Assembly: GCA_963841735.1 (NCBI GenBank)
Contig: CAWJDT010000006.1
Span: 1 to 64,000, forward strand
Source of the DNA: an uncultured Actinomycetes bacterium
GTDB lineage: Bacteria; Actinomycetota; Thermoleophilia; RBG-16-64-13
Length of the DNA: 64,000 bases
Direction: 5' to 3'
Shown here: piece by piece, positions 37,596-48,817 of the stretch
Layout of the letters: every line of letters begins with the position of its first letter
How positions within the stretch are numbered: the stretch's first letter is position 1
The notes under the pieces: model-generated
Databases searched by the model: none
Seen by the model: the letters and a program-made list of their open reading frames with translations, nothing else
What the model was told of the DNA's origin: nothing
Made by a program: the position numbers and the translations under genes

Positions 37596-37780
37596 CGTCC
37601 TCGGTGGTCCACGCCACAGACACCTAGCGCAAAGGATCCCTCCGACGCGTGCCTTCAAGCTCACGCGGTCTTCGGGGCCGCGGCGTTTTGGCTACTCCTC
37701 TCTGCCAGCCAGGGAGATACTGCATTTGAACACCCCTCCTCCAAAGTGCTACCCTTCCCACCAGCAAGCATGGTGCCTCC

Positions 37781-37904
37781 ACAGTTAGGCTCCGAGCAAC
37801 AGAGGAGCCGAGAGGGAAGCCGGTGAGAAGCCGGCATGGTCCCGCCACTGTAACCGGGTCGAGTGACAAAACACGCGAAAGCCCGGGAGTCAGATACCTG
37901 CTGT
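37781..37904 (+). ncRNA. Cobalamin riboswitch
   Basis: AGGGAAGCCGGTGAGAAGCCGGC..CCCGCCACTGTAA..GAGTCAGATACCTGC B12-box features upstream of btuFCD. Confidence 0.9.
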
Positions 37905-38064
37905 AGAGGAGGAGCATCAGCTCTCCGTGGTAGAGAGCTCACTCCGTCCCGACGCGCGCGGGACGCCACTCGGTTCGACCGTCACTGGTCCGGCCGGGGA
38001 GTAGCCAACCTGCTCTCCACCATCTTGCGGGCCTTGACCATAGGTTGAACCGAAAGGAGTCCGC

Positions 38065-39060
38065 ATGATCGGACACCCAACGCCACGCCGCAAAGCGGTG
38101 TGGTCACACTTGCTGCCCTGTGGGCAGCGCGAGAATTCCCGCACCCCCCTACTCGCCGTGCTGCTAATGGCAGTGCTGCTGGTCGCCTCGCTTGCCGTAG
38201 GTGGCTGCGCTTCGGACAAGACCGGCGCCGGCGAAGCATTCGCGACAGTGACCGACGACAACGGCACCATGGTGACCATCAATGCCGAGCCCATGCGCAT
38301 CGTGTCTACGGCCCCAGCCAACACGGAGACGCTGTTTTCCCTCGGTCTGGGCGACCGGGTCGTTGGGGTCACCTCGCTCGACGAATACCCGGCTGAAGTG
38401 GCCAGCATAACCAAGGTGGGCGACTACCAGGCCAACGCTGAGGCCATCGTCGCCCTCAGCCCCGACCTCGTGGTGGGCTACTCCGGCAACGAGGAGGCGC
38501 TCGCGCCCATCGCGACAGCCGGAACGCCGGTCTTGATCCTCAACCCCAAGAACCTGGACGAGATCTACGCCAATATCGCCATGGTCGGAGAAGCGACCGG
38601 AGCCAGGACCGAAGCCACCGACCTGGTTGCGTCGATCAAGGCCCAGATCACCGCGATCACCGAGGCAGCGGCCGCTGCCGGGGAAACACCGTCCGTGTTC
38701 TACGCCCTTGACGACACTCTCTACACCAGTGGCCCAGGTTCGTTTGTGGACGAGCTGCTTGGCCTTGCCAACGCCACCAATGTGGCGGCGCAACCCAAAG
38801 CCGACGGCACGCCTGCCGACGCCTATCCACAATTCTCAGCCGAGCAACTGGTGGCAAGTGATCCAGACATCATCCTGCTGTCTAAACTTGCCTTTACCAG
38901 CGTGGATAAGTTCACCACCGACCCCCGCTTCTCGGGGCTCAAGGCAGTGCAGGCAGGCCATGTCTACCTCATAGACGACAAGATCCTCACTATCCCCGGG
39001 CCGCGCATCGCCCAGGGCCTACAGATCCTGATGGAAGCCGTACATCCCGGGCTGCTGTAG
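38065..39060 (+). CDS. btuF: Cobalamin ABC transporter substrate-binding lipoprotein
   Basis: Lipobox VGGC, RIVSTAPANTE, EAIVALSPDLV, PGPR; downstream of B12 riboswitch. Confidence 0.85.
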   Translation: MIGHPTPRRKAVWSHLLPCGQRENSRTPLLAVLLMAVLLVASLAVGGCASDKTGAGEAFATVTDDNGTMVTINAEPMRIVSTAPANTETLFSLGLGDRVVGVTSLDEYPAEVASITKVGDYQANAEAIVALSPDLVVGYSGNEEALAPIATAGTPVLILNPKNLDEIYANIAMVGEATGARTEATDLVASIKAQITAITEAAAAAGETPSVFYALDDTLYTSGPGSFVDELLGLANATNVAAQPKADGTPADAYPQFSAEQLVASDPDIILLSKLAFTSVDKFTTDPRFSGLKAVQAGHVYLIDDKILTIPGPRIAQGLQILMEAVHPGLL

Positions 39061-39172
39061 CCCCCGGCAGCACCGGCGGCCGCACCCCACCCACTCTGCG
39101 CGCGTTGGAGCGGGTGGGGTGCGGCGACAGAGAATCGCATCGCGGTCACGACGAGGAGCCGCGTAGGTGGAC

Positions 39173-40208
39173 ATGACTAGAAATCGACACAAGGTGTACC
39201 GCCTGGTTATGGCGGTGCTGGCCGCCGGCCTAGTGGCTGCCGTGCTCACCGCCATGGTCGTGGGCGCGGCGGGTCTCTCACTGGGCGAGGCGCTCAGAGC
39301 TTTCGCCGGGCTCATACGCCACGGCGCCCGCGCCACCGGCGACTATCCCGATTGGGCACCCGGTCTGCTTCTAAACCTCCGCCTACCCCGCATCGTCTTG
39401 GCACTTATCGTGGGGGCGGCCCTGTCGACCGCCGGCGCCTCTTTCCAGGGCATCTTCCGCAACCCCCTGGCCGAGCCCTACCTTCTGGGGGTATCGGCCG
39501 GTGCCGGCCTGGGTGCCACCATTGCCATAGTCATGAAGCCGCTGGCCTCCCTGGGCATCTACACCTTGCCTTTGCTGGCCTTCGTCGGAGCGACACTCGC
39601 GGCCTTCTTGGTCTACCGGCTGGCCACGTTCGGCGGGCAGACCGGCGGCGCGTCTCTGCTGCTCTCGGGCGTGGCCGTAGGCTCCACCCTCACAGCCATC
39701 ATGTCGTTCATGATGGTGGCCACCGAGAACGACCTCCACACCGTAGTGGTGTGGCTGATGGGCGGGCTGACCACGGCTACCTGGGTGAAGATCTACATCA
39801 CCCTGCCGGTGGTGGGCGGGGGCTTCATCTACATGATGCTCTCGGCGCGCCGCATGAACCTGTTGCTTATGGGCGAGGAAAGGGCCAGGGAGCTGGGCAT
39901 CAACAGCCAGCGCACCCGGCGGAACCTCATGGTCGTCGCCGCCCTTACCACCGCCGCGGCAGTGTCATTTTCGGGGTTGATAGGCTTTGTCGGGCTGATG
40001 GTGCCGCACATCATGCGTCTTTTGGTGGGACCCGATCATCGCCGCCTGCTGCCCGGCCGCTGCCCTGTTCGGCGCGCTTCTCCTGCTTGTGGCCGACACG
40101 GTAGCGCGCACCGTCATTGCGCCGTCGGAGATCCCGGTGGGCATCATCACGGCCGCGACCGGAGGACCCTTCTTCCTCTACCTCCTCCGAGCCAGGAAAG
40201 GGGTCTGA
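39173..40208 (+). CDS. btuC: Cobalamin ABC permease (FecCD family); frameshift near 40055
   Basis: [28 protein letters not shown]; EIPVG..GGPFF in the shifted frame. Confidence 0.85.
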
Positions 40209-40209
40209 G

Positions 40210-41479
40210 GTGAAACCCCAGGAGTCGCCGCCCTTGGTCTACGACGTGCGAGCCCTCGAGGTGACTCTCGGCGGTCGCAAAGTGCTCGGCCCTCTCGACC
40301 TGGAGGTGCCCGTCGGCTCCTTCGTCGGCATCCTCGGACCAAACGGCTCGGGCAAGACCACCCTGCTCCGAGCACTCTCCGGTGGACTTCGGCCCACAGC
40401 CGGCGAGGTCTTGCTGGAAGGAAAAACCGGTGGGACGCTACGACGCCCCGGGACTGGCACGCACCATCGGCGTGGTGCCCCAGCATTTCACTCTCGACTT
40501 CAACTTCACTGTTGAGGAGATGGTGGCCATGGGCCGCTACGCGCACGGAAACGCGGCGACAGGCGAGCGGGCGGCCGACGGCGAAGCCGTGGCCGCCGCG
40601 CTCAAATCCACCGGCACCACCGACCTTGCCGGGCGCCTGATCACCCAGCTCTCGGGGGGAGAGCGCCAGCGAGCCCTCATCGCTCAAACTCTTGCCCAAG
40701 AAACGCCCGTGCTGCTGCTGGACGAACCGCTCAACAACCTCGACCTCAACCATCAATTGGAGACCATGCAACTGCTCAGCCGTCTCCACTCGGCAGGCAG
40801 GACCATCATCGCGGTGCTGCACGACCTCAACATGGCCGCTCAGTACTGCGAGGAGTTGGTGTTGCTCGACCAGGGACAGTTGGCGGCACGGGGTAAAGCA
40901 GCGGACATTCTTGACCCAAGGCTGATCCTGGAAGTGTTCAAGGTCAGGGTGGCCGCCCACCGCCAGGGCCGGCGGCCGTACCTCACCCCCTTATGGTCGG
41001 GAGTGTCGGTGCGGTCGCCCGCGGCGGACCAACCCCGCGTGCACGTGATCGGAGGCGGGGGCGCGGCCTCCGGACTGGTGGAAGAACTGGTGGCCCGCGG
41101 CTTCACCCCGTCCGTGGGCATTGTGAGTGTGTTTGACACCGACTTCGCCACAGCCCAGAGATACGAGTTGGAAGTGGTTTCGGCACCCCCATTCGAGCCG
41201 TTTCCGGAGGAAGCCGTACAAGAACTTGATTCGTTGATCGAACGTGCGGAGGTGATCATCATCGCCCCCGTGTTCTTCGGACGAGGAAACCTCGCTCCCC
41301 TTGAGACTGCGCTCCAGGCGGCACGAAGCGGCAAGAAGGTCATCGTGGTAGCGCAACCACCCTTCAACGAGCGCGATTTAAGCGACGGTAGGGCGACAAC
41401 GCTGCTGGGGCAACTGCTGGCGGAGGGCGCCATCGCAGTTTCCGACTCTGCCCAGGCAGCGGAAGAGATCGCCTCCTAG
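40210..41479 (+). CDS. btuD: Cobalamin ABC ATPase with C-terminal extension; frameshift near 40420
   Basis: GPNGSGKT then [20 protein letters not shown]. Confidence 0.85.
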
Positions 41480-41519
41480 CCCCAGACATGCTCCGAGCGG
41501 CTAGGCCTTCGCCGACGCC

Positions 41520-41666
41520 CTACTCCTCGGTGCCGGGTCCATGCGCCTCCAACTCGTCGAGCCTCCGGCGCAGCACCACCTGCTTGCGGCCCAGCCAGAG
41601 CAGGTACACAGCAAGCAAGAGCCAAATGGCTCCGTAGCCCACGGCGAGATAGCCCATGCCGCTCAT
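41520..41666 (-). CDS. ccmD: CcmD-like small membrane protein (48 aa, not in ORF track)
   Basis: MSGMGYLAVGYGAIWLLLAVYLLWLGRKQVVLRRRLDEL; overlaps ccmC stop. Confidence 0.75.
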   Translation of the reverse strand: MSGMGYLAVGYGAIWLLLAVYLLWLGRKQVVLRRRLDELEAHGPGTEE

Positions 41667-42373
41667 AAGTCACCTCCCCACTCGTCACCTTGAGAAGCCA
41701 TGCGATCCACCCGGTCTTTCATTCCCTCGATGCCCACACGCAACAGCAGCAGATAGACGAACAGCAGGGTGAAGGCCGCCAGGCAGATCGCCAGCACCCA
41801 GACCATGGTGGTATCCATGGCGAAACCTCCCTTACCGAGGAGGCGAGGATGCACCGTACGCCACCACCAGATGGACAGAAACACGATGGGCACGTCTATC
41901 CACCCCACGATGCCGTACACGGCGGAAAGCCGCGCCCGTTTGACCCCCGGCAGAGCGACCGACCGGAGCAGCAGATAGCCCACGTAGATGAACCAGAGGA
42001 TCAGCGTGGTGGTCAGGCGGGGTTCCCACGTCCAAAAGACGCCCCACGCCGGCTTGGCCCACAAGGGGCCGGTCACCAGGGTGATGGTGGTGAAGACCAC
42101 GCCTATCTCGGCCGCCGCCCCGGCGACCCGGTCGTAGCACAGCTTGCCGGTGACCAGGTAGGCGATGCTGAAACCAAAGACGCAGGTGAAGGCCGGGCCC
42201 AGAGCGATCCAGGCGCTGGGCATGTGGAAGTAGAAGAGCCGCTGCACGTCGCCCATCTCGGCCTCGCGCGGGGCCAACACCAGCGCAGCCAGGGTGGCGA
42301 ACACCATGGCTGCTCCGGCGACCGCACCCCACACGGTGGTCGATCTGCAGATTGTCGCGGGCTTGACCTTCAT
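41663..42373 (-). CDS. ccmC: Heme exporter CcmC
   Basis: YFHMP, WAKPAWGVFWTWEPRLT (WWD domain), WWRTVHP. Confidence 0.93.
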   Translation of the reverse strand: MKVKPATICRSTTVWGAVAGAAMVFATLAALVLAPREAEMGDVQRLFYFHMPSAWIALGPAFTCVFGFSIAYLVTGKLCYDRVAGAAAEIGVVFTTITLVTGPLWAKPAWGVFWTWEPRLTTTLILWFIYVGYLLLRSVALPGVKRARLSAVYGIVGWIDVPIVFLSIWWWRTVHPRLLGKGGFAMDTTMVWVLAICLAAFTLLFVYLLLLRVGIEGMKDRVDRMASQGDEWGGDL

Positions 42374-43050
42374 CCCTCCACCACGTAGTCAAAAAGGACG
42401 AATCCCACGGCCACGAACACCACATCGTATATCGCCATGAACGCCGCCCACAAGCCGGGGATGCTCCAGGGCTCCTCACCCAGCAGCGCGACCGAGCAAC
42501 GAGCGGCGGCGATGAGCAGCGGCACGAGCAGCGGCAACACCAGCACGGTGAGCAACGCCCCCCGGGCGCGCACACCGGCCGTCATCGCGGCGGCCAGGGT
42601 GCCGATGGCCGCCAGGCCCACCGCGGCCAGGAGCATGACACCCAGCAGCGCCAGCCAGGCAAGGCCAAGCCCCACGTCGTAGAGCACGGTAAAGAACAGC
42701 AGCACCAACAGACCCGCCGCGAACGACAGGATGAGACTGGTAAGCAGCTTGCCTAGGTAGATGGCCCCCCTATCCACCGGGGAGAGCAGCAGCCCGTCCA
42801 GGCATTGCGCCTCCTTCTCCCCGTCAAAGGACCGTCCGACGGCCAGCAACCCAGGGAAGAGAAAGGCCGCCCACAGCACTCCAGAGCGGGCCATCTCGGA
42901 GTCACTCGACCCCGGCTCCATGCTGAAGCTGAACACCAAGACCACCAGGAAGCCCAGCAGAACCATGGTGATCACGGCGCTGGCCGAGCGTAGCTCGCAG
43001 CGCAGGTCCTTCTTGGTGATAAGCCAAGCGTGCGCCAGCGCCGCCCTCAT
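42370..43050 (-). CDS. ccmB: Heme exporter CcmB
   Basis: KDLRCELRS, LDGLLLSP, YLGK, LVLPLLVP. Confidence 0.9.
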   Translation of the reverse strand: MRAALAHAWLITKKDLRCELRSASAVITMVLLGFLVVLVFSFSMEPGSSDSEMARSGVLWAAFLFPGLLAVGRSFDGEKEAQCLDGLLLSPVDRGAIYLGKLLTSLILSFAAGLLVLLFFTVLYDVGLGLAWLALLGVMLLAAVGLAAIGTLAAAMTAGVRARGALLTVLVLPLLVPLLIAAARCSVALLGEEPWSIPGLWAAFMAIYDVVFVAVGFVLFDYVVEG

Positions 43051-43685
43051 GAGGCTATCCTCCCCCCGGCCAGCACCGCCACCCGGTCGACGAAACCTCG
43101 GCACGCGTCCACGTCGTGGGTGGTCATAAACACGGCCCTCTCCCCATCTCGGAGTGCGCCAAGCAGCGTTTCCAACTTCTCCCGCGCCTGCTGGTCGAGT
43201 CCGGAGAAAGGCTCGTCCAAGAGCAAGACCCGGGGGCCGTGAAGCAGCGCGCGCCCGATGGCCAGCCTTTGCAGCATGCCTCGCGAGTAGGTGGACGCCT
43301 CCCTCTCTTTGGCGGCGGAGAGTCCCATCTCGTCCAGCATACGGGCGGCGTCGGCCTTGGGGTGCTCGAGCCCGTAAAGGCGCGCGTAGAACTCCAGGTT
43401 CTCGCGTCCGCTCAGGCTGGGATACACGTAGGGCTGATGGGATATCACTCCGATGAGCCGGCGGTACCCCACCGGGTCTTGCGCCAACTCGACGCCATCG
43501 AGGCGCACCCGGCCTGTCCCGGGCCGGAGCAGCCCGGCGAGGATCTTGAGAAGAGTGGTCTTGCCCGCGCCGTTGGGCCCCACGACGGCGAGCACCTCGC
43601 CGCGCTCCACCCGCACGGTCGCCTCACGGAGGACACTCAGCGGACCGTAGGAGAAGGCGATTCGCTCTGCCTCGATCGCCGGCAC
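43047..43685 (-). CDS. ccmA: Heme export ATPase CcmA
   Basis: GPNGAGKT, YSRGMLQR, LLLDEP; operon context. Confidence 0.9.
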   Translation of the reverse strand: MPAIEAERIAFSYGPLSVLREATVRVERGEVLAVVGPNGAGKTTLLKILAGLLRPGTGRVRLDGVELAQDPVGYRRLIGVISHQPYVYPSLSGRENLEFYARLYGLEHPKADAARMLDEMGLSAAKEREASTYSRGMLQRLAIGRALLHGPRVLLLDEPFSGLDQQAREKLETLLGALRDGERAVFMTTHDVDACRGFVDRVAVLAGGRIAS

Positions 43686-43689
43686 GACC

Positions 43690-45689
43690 CTACGCTCCCG
43701 CGACAGGGGCGTCCGTGGTAGCCGGCGGGTCGCCCGCGGCCGATGGGTCGTCGCCGGCCGGCCCGCCGGCTACATCGAGCGTCGCCCCCCGGGGGCGACG
43801 CCGCGGTGGCCGAAGCGCCACGATCGCGCCCAGACTCATGATGCCGCCCCCGATCCACAGCCAGACGATCAAAGGATGGTACTCGATCTCCAGGTCGATG
43901 GTCGTCCCGTCGTCGCCCACCCCGAGCAGCAGCACGTAGACATCTCCCGCCGCCGAGGTGCGCTGGGCCACGCGTTTCCACACCTCGTTGTTCGCCGGAT
44001 AGTACTCGATCAAGGGCACCAGTTCGCCGGCACGCTTGCCGTCTATGCTGAGGGAGAGCGTGGCGCGGGTGACCTCCTTGTCGGTGGCACCGGCCGGTTG
44101 CACATTCAGGTCCTGGTAGACCACCTCTACTTTGCCCAAGGTGAGCGACTCTCCCAGGGCCAACTCGCCCTCGACCGAATCCTTAAAAGACCAAGAACCG
44201 GCCAGACCGATAACCAGGATCAGCAGGCCAAGATGCACCAGCAGGGCGCCGTAACGGCGCCGGCTGCGCCCCCCGCGGACCAGCATCATTGCCACCGAGG
44301 CGACGGCGGCGCCTGTCAGCGCGAAGGCCGCCACCGGATAACCCTTGCGCACCCCGGTCGCCAGTAACACCACCAGCACCACCAGACCCACACCACCGGC
44401 CACGCACGCGCCGATGGTCAGCTTGCGCCGGGAACCACGCGACGAGGAGACCAGCGAACACACGACCATCAGAAGGAGCAGGAGAAGCCCGAGCGGAGCC
44501 GCCACCGCGTCAAAGAAACCTGTGCCCAGCAGAAACTCACCCCCGTAAAGCGACTGAGCGATGGGCGGGAAGATCACGCCCCACAGGATCAGGAAGGTAA
44601 GGACAGAGAGTAGAACCACAGTGCTGAAGACGTTGGAGCTCTCTCCAAATAAGGCGGCGGCGCCGTCCGGCCCCCGCAGCGCAGCCCGGCGCATGACGAT
44701 GAGCGTCACCGACAGCGCCAGCATCACAACCATAAAGACGACGAACCAGGCGATCAGACCGGGTTCGGTGAAAGCGTGCACCGAGGCCGCCACCCCCGTG
44801 CGGGTAAGAAAGGTGCCAAAGATGGTGAGTAGAAAGGTCGCCGAGACCAGAGAGACCATCCATATCTGCTGCCGCTGGCGCCGCTGCGCCATGAGCGCCG
44901 CGTGCAACAAGGCGGTGACTGTAAGCCAGGGGATGAGCGAGGCGTTCTCCACCGGGTCCCAGGCCCAATAGCCGCCCCAGCCCAGCGTGACGTAGGCCCA
45001 CCAGCCGCCCACCACGTTGCCGATGGTGAGGAACAACCACCCTATGAGCGCCCACCTGCGCACCCCCGTGATCCAGCCGGCCAGCGGACTGCGGTTGGCC
45101 AGACCGGCCACCATCAGGGCAAACGGGATGGCCATGGCCACGTAGCCGAGGTAGAGCGCGACCGGGTGGACGACCATGCCCGGGTTCAGCAGCATGGGAT
45201 TGAGTCCCAGCCCGTCGGCGGGCGCCGACGAAACGTGATTGGCGACGAAGGGGTTGCACTGCGGCCCGAACAGCACGAGCAGCGAGAAGAACAGGTTCAT
45301 CAACGACAGCACGGCCACCAGGTAGGAGACCGACCCAGCATCGCGCCTGCGGCCTCCCCGGGCGGCGATGACCGCGAACAGCGCCATCAGCAGTAGCCAC
45401 AGCAGGAGCGACCCGGAGTTGCCGGCCCACAGGGCCGAGATCGTGTAGATCCAGGATAGGGCGCGCGAGCTGTGCTCGTAGACGTAGAGATTGCCGAAGT
45501 CCCGGGTCAGGAACCCGCCCAGCAGCACCAGCATGTCGGCCACCACCACCACCAGGACCGCGTAGAGCGCCCACATCCCGGCGCGGACCAGACGGGCCGC
45601 CCCAAGGTACGCCCCAGCAGCGGCAGGAGCAGCCCGGCTAGGCTCGCTATGGCGGCGACGACCAGTAGAGCGTTGCCGGCGCCGTTCAC
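43690..45689 (-). CDS. ccmF: Cytochrome c heme lyase CcmF; frameshift near 45580
   Basis: GSLLLW, GLNPML, LGWGGYWAWDPVEN, SVHAF. Confidence 0.93.
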
Positions 45690-46110
45690 GGAGCGGCCTC
45701 GTACTTGCTGGGACACTTGGTGATCAGGCTGTTGGCCAGGAAGGTGTCGCTGCCGTCGTAGTCGCCCTCCGCCACCACTTCCGCGCCCGCTTGGTCCTTG
45801 AAGGCGTCGGGGAGTGCCCCGTCCAGCACGATGGTGAGCTTCGCGGCAGGTATCGTCGCGATCATAGATGGTGAAGGTGTGCTCTGCCGGCCCCTCGCTC
45901 ACCAACGAACCGCCCTCCAGTCTCCCCCGAGACCCGCACGTTCTGGGCGCTACCCAGGGCTCTCAGTTCGGAGACGGAGTAGTAGTAGACAGTCCCGCGA
46001 CCGATGGCCAGCCACAGGAGCACCCCCGCGGCCACCACCACGACCGCTACTCCGACCAGCAGCCTGGTCCTGCGGGGATTCCTCGTCTTGCGGGGGCCGT
46101 CAGACTCCAT
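45686..46110 (-). CDS. ccmE: Heme chaperone CcmE, CxxxY variant; frameshifted
   Basis: TM + VYYYSVSE..VRVSG; C-terminal PDAF..VVAEG..LITKCPSKY. Confidence 0.85.
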
Positions 46111-46276
46111 GGTTGACCGGCGCACTCTAGCAGGGACAAGAGGATAGAGAAAAGGGTAGCGGGTAATAGAGGCAGTAGAAGGGTCCAGATCGCAGCGTCA
46201 CTTGCGAGCCGCGCCATGACGGCTATGGTGAATCCAGTGGTCTTGCAGACAGCCGTGACCGGCGAAGGGGACCAAG

Positions 46277-47278
46277 GTGAGCGCGAACGAACCTATCTCC
46301 GAGCAGCCCAAGCCGCGCAAGCCGCGGCGGCTGCGGCGCCGCTGGATAGCGCTCATCGTCGTGGCGGCGGTGATCGTGGCGCTGGTCATCGCGGCCTTCA
46401 TCACGGCCCACTACACCAGTCGTAGCTCCTTCTGTGACTCTTGCCACGAGATGGAACCCTACTATGCCAGCTGGCAGGCCTCTTCACACATGACGGCGGA
46501 ATGCAGGGATTGCCACATCCCACCTGGGTTCGTCGCCTACGTGGAGACCAAGTTGTTCTCGTTCCGTGAGATCTGGGTGCACATCACCAACGGGGCGGAG
46601 GCTCCTCTCGCGGTGACCCGTGAGATCCCCAATGCAAGCTGCTTCCGGTGCCACAACAACGGTCCCGGGCCCACGCCTGCGGAGGTCAACCTGGCCAATG
46701 TCACGTTCTCGCACGAGATCCACCAGGGTCGGTTCTGCATCACCTGTCACGTACGCCTCGTCCATCGGGACGTGAACCCGCCCTACTACAAGTCACCCGC
46801 GGCTATGTCGTCCTGCCTGGAGTGCCATGACGGCACCACCGCCCCCAGCGAATGTTCCGCCTGCCACACCCCAGGGCATGAACCCCGCGGCGAGTGTAGC
46901 ACCTGCCACAACACTGACAGTTGGAGAGGCGGCGCGACGGAACACCCCTTCCCCCGCACCGGTGGTCATGCCGGTCTGGCGTGCACCGACTGCCACGTGA
47001 ATAAGCCTGGGTCTGAGATCATCCCGGGCACCGACCTGCCGAGGCCGGATCCCGCCTGCATCTCGTGCCACGGCGACCAGCACAACGGCTTGACCGACTG
47101 CGCGAGTTGCCACGCCATCGCCGGCTGGATACCGGCCGACTTCGTCCATGAGCGAGTGGGTGAGCACATGCCTTCCGGCGAAGTACACGTGGACTGCGCC
47201 AGTTGCCATCCCAACGGCTTCGGAAGCTACTCTTGTCTCAAGTGCCACGACACCAACGCAGGCGGTGGGGGCGACTGA
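46277..47278 (+). CDS. Membrane-anchored multiheme cytochrome c (12 CxxCH; NapC/NirT-like N-terminus)
   Basis: N-terminal TM, FCDSCHEM, WQASSH..CRDCH; 12 CxxCH motifs counted. Confidence 0.9.
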   Translation: MSANEPISEQPKPRKPRRLRRRWIALIVVAAVIVALVIAAFITAHYTSRSSFCDSCHEMEPYYASWQASSHMTAECRDCHIPPGFVAYVETKLFSFREIWVHITNGAEAPLAVTREIPNASCFRCHNNGPGPTPAEVNLANVTFSHEIHQGRFCITCHVRLVHRDVNPPYYKSPAAMSSCLECHDGTTAPSECSACHTPGHEPRGECSTCHNTDSWRGGATEHPFPRTGGHAGLACTDCHVNKPGSEIIPGTDLPRPDPACISCHGDQHNGLTDCASCHAIAGWIPADFVHERVGEHMPSGEVHVDCASCHPNGFGSYSCLKCHDTNAGGGGD

Positions 47279-47347
47279 CCCGGTGGGGTGAGAGACGGAC
47301 CGTGAGATTGCTCGTCAGGTAGGGCGAGCGGCAGGCCTGGAAGGCTA

Positions 47348-48817
47348 CTAGCCTTCCGGAGAGCCGCAGGCAGTCTCCTCGTAGCGGAACTTCGAGCAGC
47401 GCAGCTGCTCCGGCACCTCGCACGGGTACTCGCCCGTGAAGCAGGCGGCACAGAAACTCTGTTGGCCCCGCTCGACGCCGGTGGCGTTCATCAACCCCTC
47501 CAAAGAAAGGTAGGCCACCGAGGTGGCCCCCAGCTCCCGGCTGATGTCTTCGATGCTCTTGCCAAAGGCGATGAACTCATCCTGGTCGGCCATGTCGATG
47601 CCGTAGAAGCAAGGAAAGACGATGGGCGGTGAGCTGATGCGCAGGTGCACTTCCTTGGCCCCCGCCTCGAAAAGCACCCGCACAAGCGCCCGAGTGGTAT
47701 TGCCGCGGACGACGGAATCATCAACCACCACCAGCCGCTTGCCCTTGATGGCCGAGCTCAGGGGGTTGAACTTCATGCGGATGCCCAGCTTGCGCACGCG
47801 GTCTTCGGGGTTGATGAACGTGCGGCCGATATACCGGTTCTTGATGAGAGCCTCGCCGTAGGTGATACCGCTGCCGGCCGCATACCCGATGGCGGCCGAG
47901 TTGCCCGTGTCGGGCACCGGTATGACCAAATCGGCATCCACCGGCGATTCGTGGGCCAGTTCCTCGCCCATCCGGCTGCGCGCCGCATAGAGGGTCTGCC
48001 CCTTCATGACCGAATCTGGACGCGCGAAGTAGATGAACTCAAAGACGCAGAGCGCCTCGCGTTCACGATCCACCACCTGTTCGATGTGGTAGCCCTCTTC
48101 GTCGATGAGGCAGATCTCTCCCGGCTCGATCTCGCGGATAGCCCGGGCGCCTATGATGTCCAGTCCGCAAGACTCGCTGGCCAGACAGTAGCGGTCTTCT
48201 ATCTGACCCAGCACCAAGGGCCGGACGCCATAGGGATCGCGGAAGCCGACGACCTCGTCCTTGGTCAGCAGCACTGCACTGAAGGCCCCCCGCAGCCGGG
48301 GGATCACGTCCCGCAAGGCCACCCGGATATCGCGAGACGGGTGCTCCGCCAAAAGAGCGGCGATGACCTCAGTGTCGGAGGTGCTCTCGAAGACGTGGCC
48401 GTTCTGCAGCAGATTGGCCCGAAGATCGTCGGTGTTGACCAGATTGCCATTGTGGGCCAGAGCGATGAATGAACCGTCGCGGGTGCGGGCGAAGGGCTGG
48501 GCGTTGCGTCGCTCGCTCGAACCGGTGGTGGAGTAACGGACGTGCCCAATAGCGAGCTTGCCGGGAAGCGCCTGCAGAGTCTTCTCTTCGAACACCTGCG
48601 AGACCAAACCCATGTCCTTGTGGACGATCAGTCGCGCGCCGTCGGTGACCGCTATACCGGCCGACTCCTGTCCCCGATGCTGCAGGGCGAACAGGGCGAA
48701 GAAGGTGAGCCGAGCGACGTCCATCTCGGGGGCGTAAATGGCGAATACCCCACATTCGTCATGGGGCGAGTCATCCTGCCACCAGGATAAGTCTTCGCAC
48801 CGGCCCTCGGACATCAT
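47348..48817 (-). CDS. purF: Amidophosphoribosyltransferase
   Basis: ECGVF, LQHRGQESAG, FEFIYFARPD, VVVDDSVVRG. Confidence 0.97.
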   Translation of the reverse strand: MMSEGRCEDLSWWQDDSPHDECGVFAIYAPEMDVARLTFFALFALQHRGQESAGIAVTDGARLIVHKDMGLVSQVFEEKTLQALPGKLAIGHVRYSTTGSSERRNAQPFARTRDGSFIALAHNGNLVNTDDLRANLLQNGHVFESTSDTEVIAALLAEHPSRDIRVALRDVIPRLRGAFSAVLLTKDEVVGFRDPYGVRPLVLGQIEDRYCLASESCGLDIIGARAIREIEPGEICLIDEEGYHIEQVVDREREALCVFEFIYFARPDSVMKGQTLYAARSRMGEELAHESPVDADLVIPVPDTGNSAAIGYAAGSGITYGEALIKNRYIGRTFINPEDRVRKLGIRMKFNPLSSAIKGKRLVVVDDSVVRGNTTRALVRVLFEAGAKEVHLRISSPPIVFPCFYGIDMADQDEFIAFGKSIEDISRELGATSVAYLSLEGLMNATGVERGQQSFCAACFTGEYPCEVPEQLRCSKFRYEETACGSPEG

